A DNA stretch of 60,484 bases, filler included, from Sphacelaria rigidula (GCA_964200075.2; 4 parts of 4 records of this genome joined end to end with filler, not necessarily neighbours in it), one strand, 5' to 3'; counted from the whole stretch's first letter, positions 12,478 to 25,200 are shown. The notes: a model not told the origin generated them from the letters alone. Translations and numbers: made by a program.

Positions 12478-13507
12478 TGTGAGCTTGACTGTGCACCACA
12501 CCACGAACTGTGAACAGGTGCACTTTAGACATGGTCCTGCATGCAGGGCTACACCATCTGTAGATGCATTAGCAATATGAACTGCCACGAGCTGGGCCAG
12601 CTGACGGTGATTTTTTATTGAAAAGTGGAGATACCATTGGTAATTCGAAGAGTTAGGCGCTGAAATTTTGACATGGCATTTTTATCAACCCGCGCAACCC
12701 TATTGGGGGTGCAGAGGAAAAATAAAACAAACAGAAAGTTAGAGCAAGTCCAAGTTCCAGCAAAAGCAGAAAAAATGCTATTACTCCCTCACAAATTGAT
12801 AAAAAAAACCGATGACAACGCTCCAACACATACGGGCACTCGCGTCATGGACATCCTGGTGAAGTTTCGGCCAAAACCCCCTCAAATTGGGCGCGTCATT
12901 GCACAGGAACAGCCTCTGTTAACCATATATTCCCGACTTGCGTCATCCCCGTGAGGCCCGTACCAACCTCTTGAAGGGGAACCGTGTATGTGTGTACATG
13001 TATCATTTCACATTCGTCACCACTTCTGCCGAGTTTTCTCTCGCGGCAAGGCATCTTATCACGCGCTTTCTTTTGCAGTGCACGAAGAAGGCACAGCGGT
13101 ACATTACCGTGCAAGTTTGGGTGTCGTCTGATACACGTGGCGCGTGTTCTGACCATCGAAAATCGCCCACACTGGCTCTTTTTCGCGGGGTGTCGATCCC
13201 GAACCACAAAAGCCTCATCAACTTCATGGAAACCTTCAAAAGCAGGATGCTTTTGGTCGGGGTATTTTCCCCCTGTGTTCCTCTTTGTCGTGTTCTTGTT
13301 CGTTTGAGAGCACGAGCACATCGGTTATGCCGCAAAGATCACAAGAACATGAGAGCAATGCAGTAGAAAACAATTGAACATTGCCTTATTGGCCTCAGTC
13401 AGCAGCAAACACAAGACCGTGCAATGAGCCGTTGACGAGTTGAACAAGGCACACAAATGGGCAAACGTCCCCACTATGGGTCACCTGTGAAGGACCAGGA
13501 AGGGGGG

Positions 13508-13719
13508 TGTAATGCGTGAGAGGATCGCGTGCTTAGAGGACCGCATCAGAATTTGATCACCCCTATGGTTGGAGTGAGGGTCAGGGTTAGGGTTGGGGTT
13601 GGAGTCAGGGGCGTGGCCCCTGCAGGGAATGGCCCGATTGGTTTTGAAAAATAGTCGATCCTGAGGTATTTTAGACTACGATGTGGTCCTCTAAGCACGC
13701 GGTTCTCTCACGCATTACA
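13508..13719. mobile_element. TGT..ACA MITE with 40-bp TIRs and internal TTAGGG-like repeats
   Basis: tgtaatgcgtgagaggatcgcgtgcttagaggaccgcatc / gatgtggtcctctaagcacgcggttctctcacgcattaca; G-run on both flanks. Confidence 0.7.
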
Positions 13720-14147
13720 GGGGGTGCCGAAATCCCTGTGACCATGCAACCCGTGACAGAGAGCTCCCTCACAGAATGCACCTGTAAAGTACAGGCGCAG
13801 CAGGGATGTCCTTGTGACAGGGATGGCAGGTTTGTCCTTGCGACAGGGATGGCAGGGAGAATCATAGGAGTACGCGCCTCATGTATCTTTCGACGGCTTA
13901 GCTCTGTATTTTTAGTACAAGTCAAGCATTGCTTTGCTTGTGGATTTCTCCGCCGTGTCTGCAATGAACCAGCTGAAACTTAGCACAGGAGTAGACCACA
14001 ACACCGACAGCATATTCCCAGATCGGCGGCACGTTTTACGTGGTGCGCCAGACGCACGAAGCAAATACGGATGTTGGGCAATGTCATCGATACGCCCTCA
14101 AAACTTAGTCGCCTCGACCCAGACTGCGCGAGAGGTCAGTGAAAGCA

Positions 14148-14550
14148 TATAACAACGTTTTCGTGAGATTGGGAGTGGAGCGCTGATTGAGAGTGGCTTT
14201 GATAGATCGCTGTAACTTAGCCCATTTCTTCATCCCGTGTGTGCTTTTCTTTGCCTCCATTCGTGGCGTGTGCTTACAGCTACACGTCGATATCCTACTC
14301 GGGGATATCACGGCCCCCTTTGGCGAGCTACTTACTATTATTTTTATTTCCGCACATTAGTCCGATCTCGTGAACCCGTGGTCACAGACGTAGGCTCGCC
14401 TTTCCAATACCGTCCTTGCTATTCCTACTACAGAAAGCATATCGGGTTTCGTGAGAGGATATTTCGGAACTGAAACGATTCATTCACTAACTGACCGCCT
14501 TTCACTCTCAATCGTATTCTCTACTCTAAATCTCACGAAAACATTATTAT
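14148..14550. mobile_element. Degenerate MITE
   Basis: aacaacgttttcgtgagattgggagtggag / ctactctaaatctcacgaaaacattatt; the interior resembles 4170-4270. Confidence 0.5.
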
Positions 14551-15052
14551 TTGTGGACACGCACATGTGCTCACCTCGACATCATGACCTGCTGGGTGGC
14601 TCCTGCCCCGGCAAAGAAGCATCGATCCATATTGGGGACACTCTCTGGATGATGTCATTCTACGCGGTACCTATCTTGGTATCGCCTGTAGAGGTACTCA
14701 CTTCAGGAGGCACGGTCTGCGAGCGCTGTCAGTGCGTTTTCGCGCCATGTATATTATGTACATATATTATCTCACATTTTCCACCACTTTTGCCGAGTTT
14801 TCTCAGGCGGCAAGGCATGTTTCCCTACGATTTCCTTTGCAGCGCACTGAGAAGGCTTAGCGGTACATTACCATTCAGGTTTGGGCGTCATCTTATACCT
14901 GTGGCGCGTGTTCTGGCCACCGAAAGTCGCTCAAACTGGCCCTTTTTCGCGGGGTGTAGATCTCGAGCCAAGAAAGCCTCTTCAAAATCGTGGAAAACTT
15001 GACAGAATATATTTTCGACTTGCGTCACCCCCGGGAGGCCCGTACCAACCGC

Positions 15053-15152
15053 NNNNNNNNNNNNNNNNNNNNNNNNNNNNNNNNNNNNNNNNNNNNTTAA
15101 TTAATTAANNNNNNNNNNNNNNNNNNNNNNNNNNNNNNNNNNNNNNNNNNNN
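15053..15152. other. Artificial contig-joining spacer (N44-TTAATTAATTAA-N44)
   Basis: Exactly 100 bp; the 12-mer puts stops in all six frames. Confidence 0.97.
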
Positions 15153-17238
15153 AACAAGAGAGGGCGATTCCATCGAAACTACAAACAACAGCAAATGATA
15201 AAATAGAACAGAAATCACAAAAAAAAAAAACACAGATTCTCTACTACATGACACACTGACGCACACGACACCCCGAGCTTAGTTTTACACAAGCGTGACA
15301 ATATGGTCCACGGCGGCAGAAGTACAGAAAAAAAATATCTGAATAGGAGGAGAGGGAGTTGCTGGGAAGAAAAAATACAATTTTCTATTCTGAACTCCCT
15401 CCCACGCGCCCCCGACACAAAACCCAGATTGAAAAGGTGTCTGTACCAGCAGCGGAGAAACGAGTCTCGACGTACAAGTAACGCACTAAATGTTGACACA
15501 ATACTCGTGTCCCAACATGTATTGCATCTCCGTCACCCTCGCTCCCCCTCTTTTTCTCAGGAGTTTCATATTTTTCCGGTTAAGACAGCTATAGATTTGC
15601 TGCATTGGGGGAGCCAAAAAACGAAAACACCATGCCCCCTTGGTCCCACATCTATACATGTAAATATAACCCGAGAAAAAAAAACGCATACACCCGGAAA
15701 CACGGCAGTCAGGGGAATCAGCCAAGAACAACCTTTTCTTCTTGCTTTCGACACCAAAAAAACCATTCAATTTGCATTGCTCCCAGTCTATACCCTCCCC
15801 TCGAAAAAACTCTGCTGGCTTCTAGACATCATGAAAAAACCCCAACCTGTCAACTTCGACCTAATCGAAAGTTCCCGCCCGGAATACGCAAGCTGGCATG
15901 ACACTCGAGGTATGTGGAAACGGCCATGATAACCGCAACACTCCATCTTTTCACAATCTGAGTCATTCCGTCCGCGGTAGCAAAAAACAAAGCTGTTCTT
16001 CGACACAAAATGCACACCCGCGCTAATATCAGATCCTTCCATGTGATCCATGACTTTATCCACTCATCTCCCCGCTCCCCCCGCAATTTTTCAGGATACA
16101 GACCTCAGGGGGCGAACAAACTGCACACATCTGACCCGCTCCTACCATACACTACAAAAAAAGCCGTTTCAGTTCAACCATGACCGAGAGGCCATAGGAA
16201 CGATCAAGTAAGTGAAGAGCACCCAAGATTACGCGCAATTTTACAAATGGGCAAATTTCGATTAGAAAGAAACTCTTATTGACTAACCCATGTACGTCAT
16301 GGTGGCTCTTGAGCCGACGCCCCCCCTCTCCCCCCCCTCCCTCATGTCTCAGATTTTCCCGCTTCCTTCGTTGAAACGTCCGAAAAACGTAGGGTAAACC
16401 ACACAGGAACAAGCCTGCACAAAACATGAAGAAACGACACCGAGGGAAGATCACAAAATCCCAACGGTTCAAGACCCTAGGAAGGCGGAGCCAAAACAAG
16501 ATACCGAAAAAACATCTCCGAGCGCCTCAGTAACCCATGCCTTGATGTTTTCCATTCGGTTACCGAGAAACCGCTCAAAAAATTGAGCCATCTAAACTCA
16601 GAAATAAATCACACCTCCATACGTCCTACTGAGCCGGTGGCTCTTGCGTCATCATGATGTACATTGACCAAAACCTCAGAGACCCCCTGCCCCCGTTCGT
16701 CCCCTCAGGATATCATTTGCACTGAGACACCAGCACGAGAAGGAAGGGGGCAGGCTGACGCTGGCCGAAAGCAATGAAGAAGGATTTACAAATATACACA
16801 TGCCGCCGGCTGATGGGCGCGTTGTAAATATGGTCCTCAATTATAGTTACTGCACACAATGTAGTAACACCCCCTCCCCCTCCCCCACAGGGAACACACC
16901 CTACATCCTACATACAAACTCTCGAAGTAGAAATGCTAGCGACTTCATATTTTGCAGCGCTTTTTCATTTTTTCCTCCTCCGCTCCATTCTCAATTCCAT
17001 GTCTAATTTCCACGTCATTCTTCTCTCCAGTTCACGTTCGCGTTTTTTTCATATCGCGCTCGGTACACTTGCTGCAAATCCGCGGTCAATCGCGATGCAG
17101 AGATTTAACACCATCTCCCTCCCCGCACACACAGCACATGGTTACACTGCTCGCTGCCGTCCGGCGGATCAACCTTGAACCTCCACTAACATGACGTAAA
17201 AAAAGAAGTACCCCACCATTGTCCTTGCACATAATACA

Positions 17239-20200
17239 TTACACCTGACCGCTACTACCACCGGTCCGAATGCCTTCCACACGGCGAGCGTAGCCTTCTG
17301 CCATGCTCAACAGCTGTGCGCGCCAGCCGCCCCCTCCCCCAAGCGGATCACTCTGCTGCTGCTGCTGCTGCAGTTGTTGGTCGTTAAACGCGCGCGTTGC
17401 AACATCTTCACGCATCCTGCCACTCGGGCACATCTCCGGCTCAAGCGCCAATAGCTGCAGCAGCGCACAGGCACGAACGTAGTGGGTGATAGCAGCATCA
17501 GATCTTCCCAACAAGTAGCAAACCGCCGCCTCTTTTCCGTGTTCCAGCGCCGACCGGTAGACAGCCGCCGCTGCTGTGGCATCTCCACTCGGCTGGGACA
17601 CACCGTTAGCGGTCGCGTCGGCGCCGCCGAGACCGGTAACGTTCCTAGGACCGTTCGCAGCACCGCCCCCCACGCCGCCGAGAGTTGCCCAAGGGACGTC
17701 GGGGCCATCGACTTCGACGTTGCACGAGACATCTTTTGGGGCGGTAGTGAGGTTTCGAGACGCATTAGACGTCGCCGCAGAGGAACCAGCAAATGACGCT
17801 TGAGCTCTACAGTGCTCCGCTCGCTGCAAGGTCTGCGAAAATAGCTCCTTCAGCCAAGCCGCCTTGGTGACGAGCGCCGCGCGCTGTGCCAAGAGGGCGC
17901 GCGAAGGAGGCAGCTGCGCGCCAACACTGTTGCCATGTTGATGTCGCTCTTGCTGTTGCTGCTGCTCCTTCTGAAGCGGGCTCTGATGTTTATGCAAGCC
18001 CGTAGGGTTCCAAGCGGCGAAAGCGTCCGAGGGGACACTGTTGCACTCGACGAGCACCCCTGGCAGGGCCGCTTGCAGCATGGCGAGCGCTTTGACGTAC
18101 AGCGACAGGGCCTCCGTCAGCATGTCGTGTCTACGGCGAGAACAGTCACCATGAGAAGACCATCCCTCGGTGCCCATCGCAGCACCAACAGCACAAGCAG
18201 TGGCAGAAGAGCGCGAGTCGCGCGGGGACTCCAGCGATAGGGCCATCGCCTCGTAGGCTGTCTTGTCCGCGAGCGTCACCACCAAGATAGAGCGCTTGCC
18301 GACAACCTCGGCGCGTTCTGCCGCCGCCTGCAGCCGCCGCCACTCATCGGCTTCCCGTTGGGTACACAAATGACGGTTGCTCATACCACCTCCGCTGCTG
18401 TGAGCCCTGCTTAGGCCTCCGCCGGCTGGCCCGACCTCACTGGTGGCGTGGTCATAGCTCAAGCTCCGAGTGCACGAAACTCTTGGTAGGTGTCTCTCAA
18501 GTCCAGGCTGGGGAGACGCCTGCTGAGAGAGAGGATCGGAGACGTGCCGGCGATGGCACTGCTCGCGGTGTTGCTGATCCTCAGGCCGTGGTGGTGGAGC
18601 ATCCTGCGTCCGCACGGTTTGGGGGCTCGCCTCCACAGAATGAGACGACAAGCCGCTACTACTGTGGCAGTGACCCGGATCCACCAAAGCACAACCACCC
18701 ACAGCGTTACAACTTACGTCCGCGGACGTTGGGGTAGGTTCCCGGTGTGGCATGTCACCGCCTTCGTTCCCTACGCAGTCCACGGCACGGTTGTGGGCGC
18801 CGCGAGGGGAAAGACGTTCTCTTGACGACGAGGACACTGCCGCGGGCGTGGCCGTCAGAGATACTCCCGCGGAACCAGGTGACGGCGGCGGTGGCGGCGT
18901 GTTGGCAAGAGACCCTCGTTGCTGAGCTCCGCGGGCATGGCTGGCGCGCCGTGACCATGCTGCCCTTCTCGCGTGTGCGCCCGCTACGCCGCGAAAGGTG
19001 TTGATAGCAGTGTTCCAGATGGTCCCGAGGCCGAGAAACGACGGGCCTGCTGCGCCGTTGCCTTGCCTTTGCTCCGCCGCCGCCGCCGCCGCAGCAGCGG
19101 CGGCGGCCGCTGCCGCAGCTTTGCCCGGACCGCCATACGGATTAGCCGCCGCCAAGTAAGAGGCAGACGGGGACCTCATAGCACCTCCTGGGGTAGCAGA
19201 CCATGCCCAACACTCACAGTTCGGGCCGTGCTCGCACGATACCGAGGATGGACGAGTTACAAACACGAATCCGGTAGAGTCCTCCGGGATGGTGAGCAAG
19301 CTGTCGCCGCCAGCGCGGACGCTCGGGTGCTTGACGAGCATCGGCACACCTCCATCACCGGCAGGCGCTTGCGGCGGCTGATTCCTCTCGAACTGCGGCG
19401 AACCCGGCTGACTCCCTGCTGCCGAACCCGGAGGTCCCAACGGGAACCCGCAGCCGGGGGATGAGCTCATGCTTCCTCCTTCGTTTGGGTTGCAATAGTG
19501 CCCAGGAGATGGTGGTGTGGAGAACCCCGTCCGTCTCTCCACCGGCTCACCCGGAGAATGAAGACCCACTGGCGAGGCCACCTGTTGCGACCCTCGGCGC
19601 GCCGGCGAAGCGCCCGGCGCCGCTAGAGAACCGCCTTGGCCTAAGTAAAACACCGGTTCCGGAGATGGCCGACCCGGCGACCTGGCGCGACTGGTGTCAC
19701 CGCCATTGCCACCGTCACCATCATCGCCTCGGCGATGATCGGGCGAAAACTCGAGCCCAGCGCGCGCAGGATCAGGGGCTCCATCTCTCACGAATGCTCG
19801 AAGATGAGTTTCGTGGGTCGTGGATATCTGCATCGGCCCATCAACGGGATCACCGCTGTGCTGTTTTCGTCGGCTGAGATCGGGCGCTAGTTCTCTCGCA
19901 CGTGCCGCCACTAGTCTGTCGTCTTTGTGGTATTTTTCACGATCCACAGGACCAGCCGCAAAAGCAAGGTCGAATGTCAACTCCGTGGTGCCTGCATTCG
20001 GACCGCCGTGCCCGCCACTGTCGCCGAATGATGCCCTGCTGCCGCCACCGCCGGGCCCAAGAGCGAACGGAAGGGCAGGCAAGGATGGGAGCGGCCCTTC
20101 TTCGTTAATCCCCGAGAAATTCACGCCGCATTTGCCAACCCGCACGCCCCAGTCCCACGGCCACTGGCCCTCGGTGTCACCTTTCGCACCACCATCGCCG

Positions 20201-21039
20201 CTAACGGTCTCTCGCACTTGCCAGTCTCCTGTGACGGCTCTGCTGTCCCGCTCGGGATCGGATCGGGATCTCTCGGGCGTAAATTGGGCGGGAGGCTCAC
20301 CCTGCCGAACCCCTCTTGTTCCGCCGCTTGCCTGACGGTGCTGACTTTCTCGCCCTCGGGAAGACGTGGAGACCGCGGTGGCATCGACGACGGCGGGCGT
20401 TAATGTGTTCGACGTCTGTCGTTCTTTTCCTCCCGCCCGTAGTACTCCTGCATCTACTTTTTGAGTGTTGTCATTCTGCCACTCTGCGTCATGTTGCTCC
20501 TCGGCGACACCAGAGCGGGCCGAAGCGCGGCTCGGTCCTGGTTCGCTCGGCTGCGACATTCGGCTGTTGTTTTGGCTGGCACAAGATAACGAACCGTCAC
20601 CAATATCGCCGCTTCTGCCCCCGCCCCCGCCGCGTCCTGGTCCGCGGTCAGCCGCTCGCACCCTCAAGGCGGATACACTTGCCGCCGCCGGGGACGTGAG
20701 GGCTAGTGCGGCCGCCTCCACAGGATCAGGGCCAGTCCCCGCTGGCGCTGCCGGCGCCGGCGGAACGCTCAAGCCCACGAAGCGTGTTGCCGACTGCTGG
20801 TCGGCAACAGCGGTGCTACCGGCCGCGGGAGACATGAGTGCCTCATAAAAAGATTGTTTTCGACTGTCTCGTCCACGTCCAGGGTTCAGGAAGGAGCACG
20901 AGAGAAATGCCTGCAAAGAAGCTCGTTCGGCTGGACGAGAGACGAGGAGCATTCCCAGCAACTCAACGCACTCCGGGCTGAGGGTGATGCCTGGAGGTAG
21001 TCTCGGACGATTTCGTCGTATATTGTTGATCAACTCAGT
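17239..21039 (-). CDS. ATG1: ATG1 exon 6 (3801 nt: kinase C-lobe end, disordered linker, MIT-like C-terminus)
   Basis: Uninterrupted ORF (the 1264-aa ORF in the track) in frame after a CAG acceptor at 21040; TAA stop at 17239-17241. Confidence 0.85.
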   Translation of the reverse strand, partial: TELINNIRRNRPRLPPGITLSPECVELLGMLLVSRPAERASLQAFLSCSFLNPGRGRDSRKQSFYEALMSPAAGSTAVADQQSATRFVGLSVPPAPAAPAGTGPDPVEAAALALTSPAAASVSALRVRAADRGPGRGGGGGRSGDIGDGSLSCASQNNSRMSQPSEPGPSRASARSGVAEEQHDAEWQNDNTQKVDAGVLRAGGKERQTSNTLTPAVVDATAVSTSSRGRESQHRQASGGTRGVRQGEPPAQFTPERSRSDPERDSRAVTGDWQVRETVSGDGGAKGDTEGQWPWDWGVRVGKCGVNFSGINEEGPLPSLPALPFALGPGGGGSRASFGDSGGHGGPNAGTTELTFDLAFAAGPVDREKYHKDDRLVAARARELAPDLSRRKQHSGDPVDGPMQISTTHETHLRAFVRDGAPDPARAGLEFSPDHRRGDDGDGGNGGDTSRARSPGRPSPEPVFYLGQGGSLAAPGASPARRGSQQVASPVGLHSPGEPVERRTGFSTPPSPGHYCNPNEGGSMSSSPGCGFPLGPPGSAAGSQPGSPQFERNQPPQAPAGDGGVPMLVKHPSVRAGGDSLLTIPEDSTGFVFVTRPSSVSCEHGPNCECWAWSATPGGAMRSPSASYLAAANPYGGPGKAAAAAAAAAAAAAAAEQRQGNGAAGPSFLGLGTIWNTAINTFRGVAGAHARRAAWSRRASHARGAQQRGSLANTPPPPPSPGSAGVSLTATPAAVSSSSRERLSPRGAHNRAVDCVGNEGGDMPHREPTPTSADVSCNAVGGCALVDPGHCHSSSGLSSHSVEASPQTVRTQDAPPPRPEDQQHREQCHRRHVSDPLSQQASPQPGLERHLPRVSCTRSLSYDHATSEVGPAGGGLSRAHSSGGGMSNRHLCTQREADEWRRLQAAAERAEVVGKRSILVVTLADKTAYEAMALSLESPRDSRSSATACAVGAAMGTEGWSSHGDCSRRRHDMLTEALSLYVKALAMLQAALPGVLVECNSVPSDAFAAWNPTGLHKHQSPLQKEQQQQQERHQHGNSVGAQLPPSRALLAQRAALVTKAAWLKELFSQTLQRAEHCRAQASFAGSSAATSNASRNLTTAPKDVSCNVEVDGPDVPWATLGGVGGGAANGPRNVTGLGGADATANGVSQPSGDATAAAAVYRSALEHGKEAAVCYLLGRSDAAITHYVRACALLQLLALEPEMCPSGRMREDVATRAFNDQQLQQQQQQSDPLGGGGGWRAQLLSMAEGYARRVEGIRTGGSSGQV

Positions 21040-22227
21040 CTGGTGGGAGATATGGGAACAAAACGCGACATGAGAAGCATAACATTAGGTTACGCGATGC
21101 ATGTGCGTGTGTACTTGCATCACCCCCCTTTCACCCCCTCTTGCTGACGCACAAGTCCTTTTCAACCCGGCCGAACGTGACCCGTCCTTTGCTCACCTGA
21201 TTCGCTCCTCCGAAGGGATGTTTGGCGGCAACAAGCTCGTACAGCACTGCCCCGGCGCTCCATAAGTCCGCCTTGTAATCGTCTGAAAGTACAAGACAGG
21301 GTCGGGAAACAAAAGAAACAACGACGCTCACAGGACAACCGGTGAATCCTTGTTCATTTCAGGCTGTCTCAACGTGATTCCCTCTGCTCTACTTGGCATT
21401 ATAGGAACAAGGGAAAAAGTGGAACCAGGACGTCGAAAGACAGGAGCAAGATATGCGGAAGTTGATATTCAATTCAAAAACAAAAAACGCTGCAAATCGG
21501 CGACGTCTTCTCTCAACTCTGCGATGGCTAGAGCCACCCGACGGCATAAAACTCCCGCAAGCACAAAACGAGTGGGTCGGGCGATATTTTTTATATATTT
21601 CGCCCTTGTGCCGCCCCGAAACGAAGTTGCGCTCCGAAAATCAACATGGCCACAACGTATGACCAGCGCGACGACGAAAAAGTAAGAAAGAGCACTCACA
21701 TGCTCTATTGCTGAGCACCTCCGGCGCCATGTAAAGCGGCGATCCTAGCATACTCTCGGCGAGAGATCCTTGCGGAAGGTGCCGAGCCAGCCCGAAATCC
21801 GCAATCTAGATGATATGTCCGACAGTAACAGCAAAAAAACAGAAGCGATATCAGGAAAAGCGAAAAAGCGAGAGCTGAGGACGATCGTTTTATACAAGCT
21901 GAAAACAGTGAGTGCCTCGTACAATCAACGAACACCCCTGACGAAATCCACCACGACTAGCGGCTAGCCTGTCTTTTCTGCGAGGTGCTTTTTCCCTTCA
22001 CCCTCCAAACACGAACAAACGGCAATTCGAGGAGTAATGCCAGCAAGATTTGTGCTCCGAATCGACGATCAACCGACTTGTGAGGGCTACGCGCACTTTC
22101 TTATCCTGGAGGTCAAGCCAGAATATGTATCTGTTGTCTCGTCGTACCGGGAAAGATGACTACATTCCACGACAACCTGTCATATCGTAGCGCCCCGTAC
22201 CGGCCTATCATCTCCCGTCTCGATTTC

Positions 22228-22288
<61 letters not shown>

Positions 22289-25200
22289 CTTCAAGATTGC
22301 GCGCTGCGATCTATCGCTCAGCAGAAGATTCTGCGGCTTTATGTCCCGATGGATCACCCCGCAGGACCTTAGAAAACTCACTCCGGCAGCCAGCTGCCGC
22401 ATGAAGTGCCGAGCCGTTGCCTCAGGGGAAGGACCACGAGCCTGGATGAATTGCCCCAGATCACCACCTCCACAGTACTCAAGTACGATGAGGATGCGCC
22501 GTTCTGTGCTGTGGTTGTCGAGTAGGCACACGACGTTGGCTGGAGAGGGAGGCGGGGGTAGAGGGGGCGCTTATCCACCGTACACAGGGAAAAGTGGAGG
22601 CACGATGGTCCCTACATTGCTTCGCCCGACACGAAATCAGCTCTTCGAGCATAGATCAGCTTTTTTTCGAGTCGATAACGTGAGACATGTAGGCCGACAA
22701 ACGCTCGACGACAGCCTGAGCGATGGAATATTGCGGTAAGGCTTTCAACTCTCCGTTTCTGAAGAAACCGAACACTCACGATGCTCCCCGATTGTGCGGA
22801 GGATGCTGATTTCCGCGGCGAGCATCTGAAGGGCTCGATCTCCTACTCGAGCCTTGGTCATGACCTTTATCGCCACAGGCTCTTTGGTGGCCCGAACTAT
22901 TCCCTTGTGCACCTACCGGCAACGACAAGAAAAAGGAGTACAAAAGGATACGCAGCACGGCCGCAATACACGCTTAATATGGTTTCGATTCAATCCATGA
23001 TCCATAAAAAGGGTTCCGGTTTCACGCTCGTACTTCCACCCTCTGCAGCCTCGAGCGTGTACTCATGATCTTGCACGCCGTAGGTATGTATAAGACCACT
23101 GATCTCGCATCCCTACAAAGCCGACATAGAGCACGCCAAGTTTTCGCCGAACCAGGCTCGCAATCAATCACCAAGCACGAAGTGCCGCGATGTGTTCAGC
23201 GAGTCGCATGAGAGGGTGAGCTGAATCCTACTCAAGATCGTTTGGGCCGAAGCGTATCTGATCATCTTGCATATGGATGACGGCGTACAATGAGTTGCTT
23301 CTTTCTTGGTATCGCAACTTCCAGACAGCCACAGGATATACGCTGCCTCACCGGTGTCACGCCACATAACCCGGTAACGTGGTTACCTAGCCTGCGCAGT
23401 GAGTAGTGGCTTGTCTTACAGTTCGTTGCCAACCGATGCCAATCCTCACCAACGTGGGGGGGGGTGTACTCATGATCATGCATGTCATAGTCATCAGACC
23501 ATTGACCTCGCTCAACAAGGAGGGGCGGGGGGGGGCGGGGGGGTGCGATGGGAAACGCCACAAATTAACTCGATAGACCTCCCAAAAGTTATGAAAAATA
23601 TGTATGCAGAGCGTCAATAATAAGGCAAGGTATAATAAGTGTCACTCGTGCCACTCCCAACTCTCACCGTCACCCTATTCGATAAGAGCTGGACGAGTGA
23701 ACTGCGAGGGCGACGGGGTACAGTACACCAATGACCCTCACCACTGAAAGTGATCCTCGCATACAGACGGGGGTTGTTCAGGTATTATAAACAGCGTGGG
23801 GGTTAGCGACGTGGAAGGTCAATGGGTGGTATATTTTGTTCCGAAAGGCGGCCTCACGCCAAGTATGAACTCCTGGCAGCGAGGTGCCGTATATCGAGAC
23901 TCAATGTTTCGACCGCAAGAGATAATGTAAAAAAAAGGCTTGTAGCCTACAAAACAAGAAATGTTGTTGTTCACAACTCTTCCATGGTTTCCCTGTTTCC
24001 TACGACGAAGTTTCCTTCAGGCCACGTTGAATGTGTCGAGAAAAAAAATCTTGTGTGAAAACTTCTTTGTTGGCTCTTCTCAGTCGTTTAGCGCCCGAAA
24101 AAAGGGCTAGGTGGGTGTCGACACTCTGGAATGACTTCGCTTTAACCGTTGAGACCGTTCCAGAACACCTTCGCATTCTCCCGTGGCCGCTGTTTTTTAG
24201 TCTGTCAAACTAGCGTCTTCAATAACAATCGGTCAAGTCGTGAAAAAAAAAGCAGTGTCCCTCCCGATTTTGATAACTTGGCCGTTCAATATTGAGTGCA
24301 AATTTGGCAACAAAAAAAAACGCGACCAACGGGAAACGCAAAGGTATCCTGGACAGGCCTTCACGAGTAGAGAGTCATTCCAAGGCGTCAACATCCGCCT
24401 AGCCCTCTTGTAGGGCGTGAAACGATGCAGAAGGACCAAGAAGGAAGTTTTCGACACAGAAGAGATCACCGCCACCCTTAATCCGCGGTGCGGCTAGTCC
24501 ATTTGGATCACGCATACCTTCTTCGAGTGAATGTTGATGCCGATTCAGCACGTGACCTACCTTCGCGTTCCAAGGGTAATCGCGACCTCCTTGAGGGGAA
24601 TCCCACCTCTTGTATTTCGAATACGTCGATCGCGGTACCACAACTGAGTCGTTCCACGTTAGCCCCCTTCCCCCCCCTTACACCCACCCTCCCACCCCAA
24701 CTCAGCATATTTTCAACAAAGGAATGGCCATGCAACGGGTCGGGGTGAAAGCTGGCGATTCGCATGAATGTTTACAGGCTTGTCTACTAAATTTCACCAT
24801 ACGAAGGGCAGCAGTCGGCCACATCGAGTTCACAATGAGGATGCAGAATAACACGCCTGTGGTGGATACTGTCTCCAACCCCCGTAAGCTGTCCTGGCGA
24901 AGGTCGCTACCGTAGCACTCGACTGGGTCAGTGAGTCGCGGATAATTCGGCGTATGGAAATTGATCAAGCGAACAGATCGATCTACTCCCTCATTCAGTC
25001 CGCGGATGAGCCACTATGAGTGAGTCAGGGATTACGAACCATAGCTAGCACATTATGTCGTTGTTTGGAGCTGTGCTGGTGAAATATACGTTTATATACA
25101 AGCTACTTATAAGCTGCTTACTTCACGTCGTCATGTCAGCAGTGCTTATCTTGATACACCTGGTATGCTCGCATGTATGGTTGTCCCTCGAGAGGTCGAA

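Larger units (their letters stand above)
10690..15052 (+). repeat. Cluster of four ~530-bp direct repeats (~10690-11190, 11532-12062, 12924-13452, 14750-15052)
   Basis: Shared blocks such as cgacttgcgtca.cccc, gttcaggtttggg.gtcatctgatacctgtggc and ttgccttggcctcagtcagc. Confidence 0.85.

Noticed and set aside
17307..20848. Many overlapping ORFs in other frames or strands
   Set aside because: Shadow ORFs of the GC-rich ATG1 exon.
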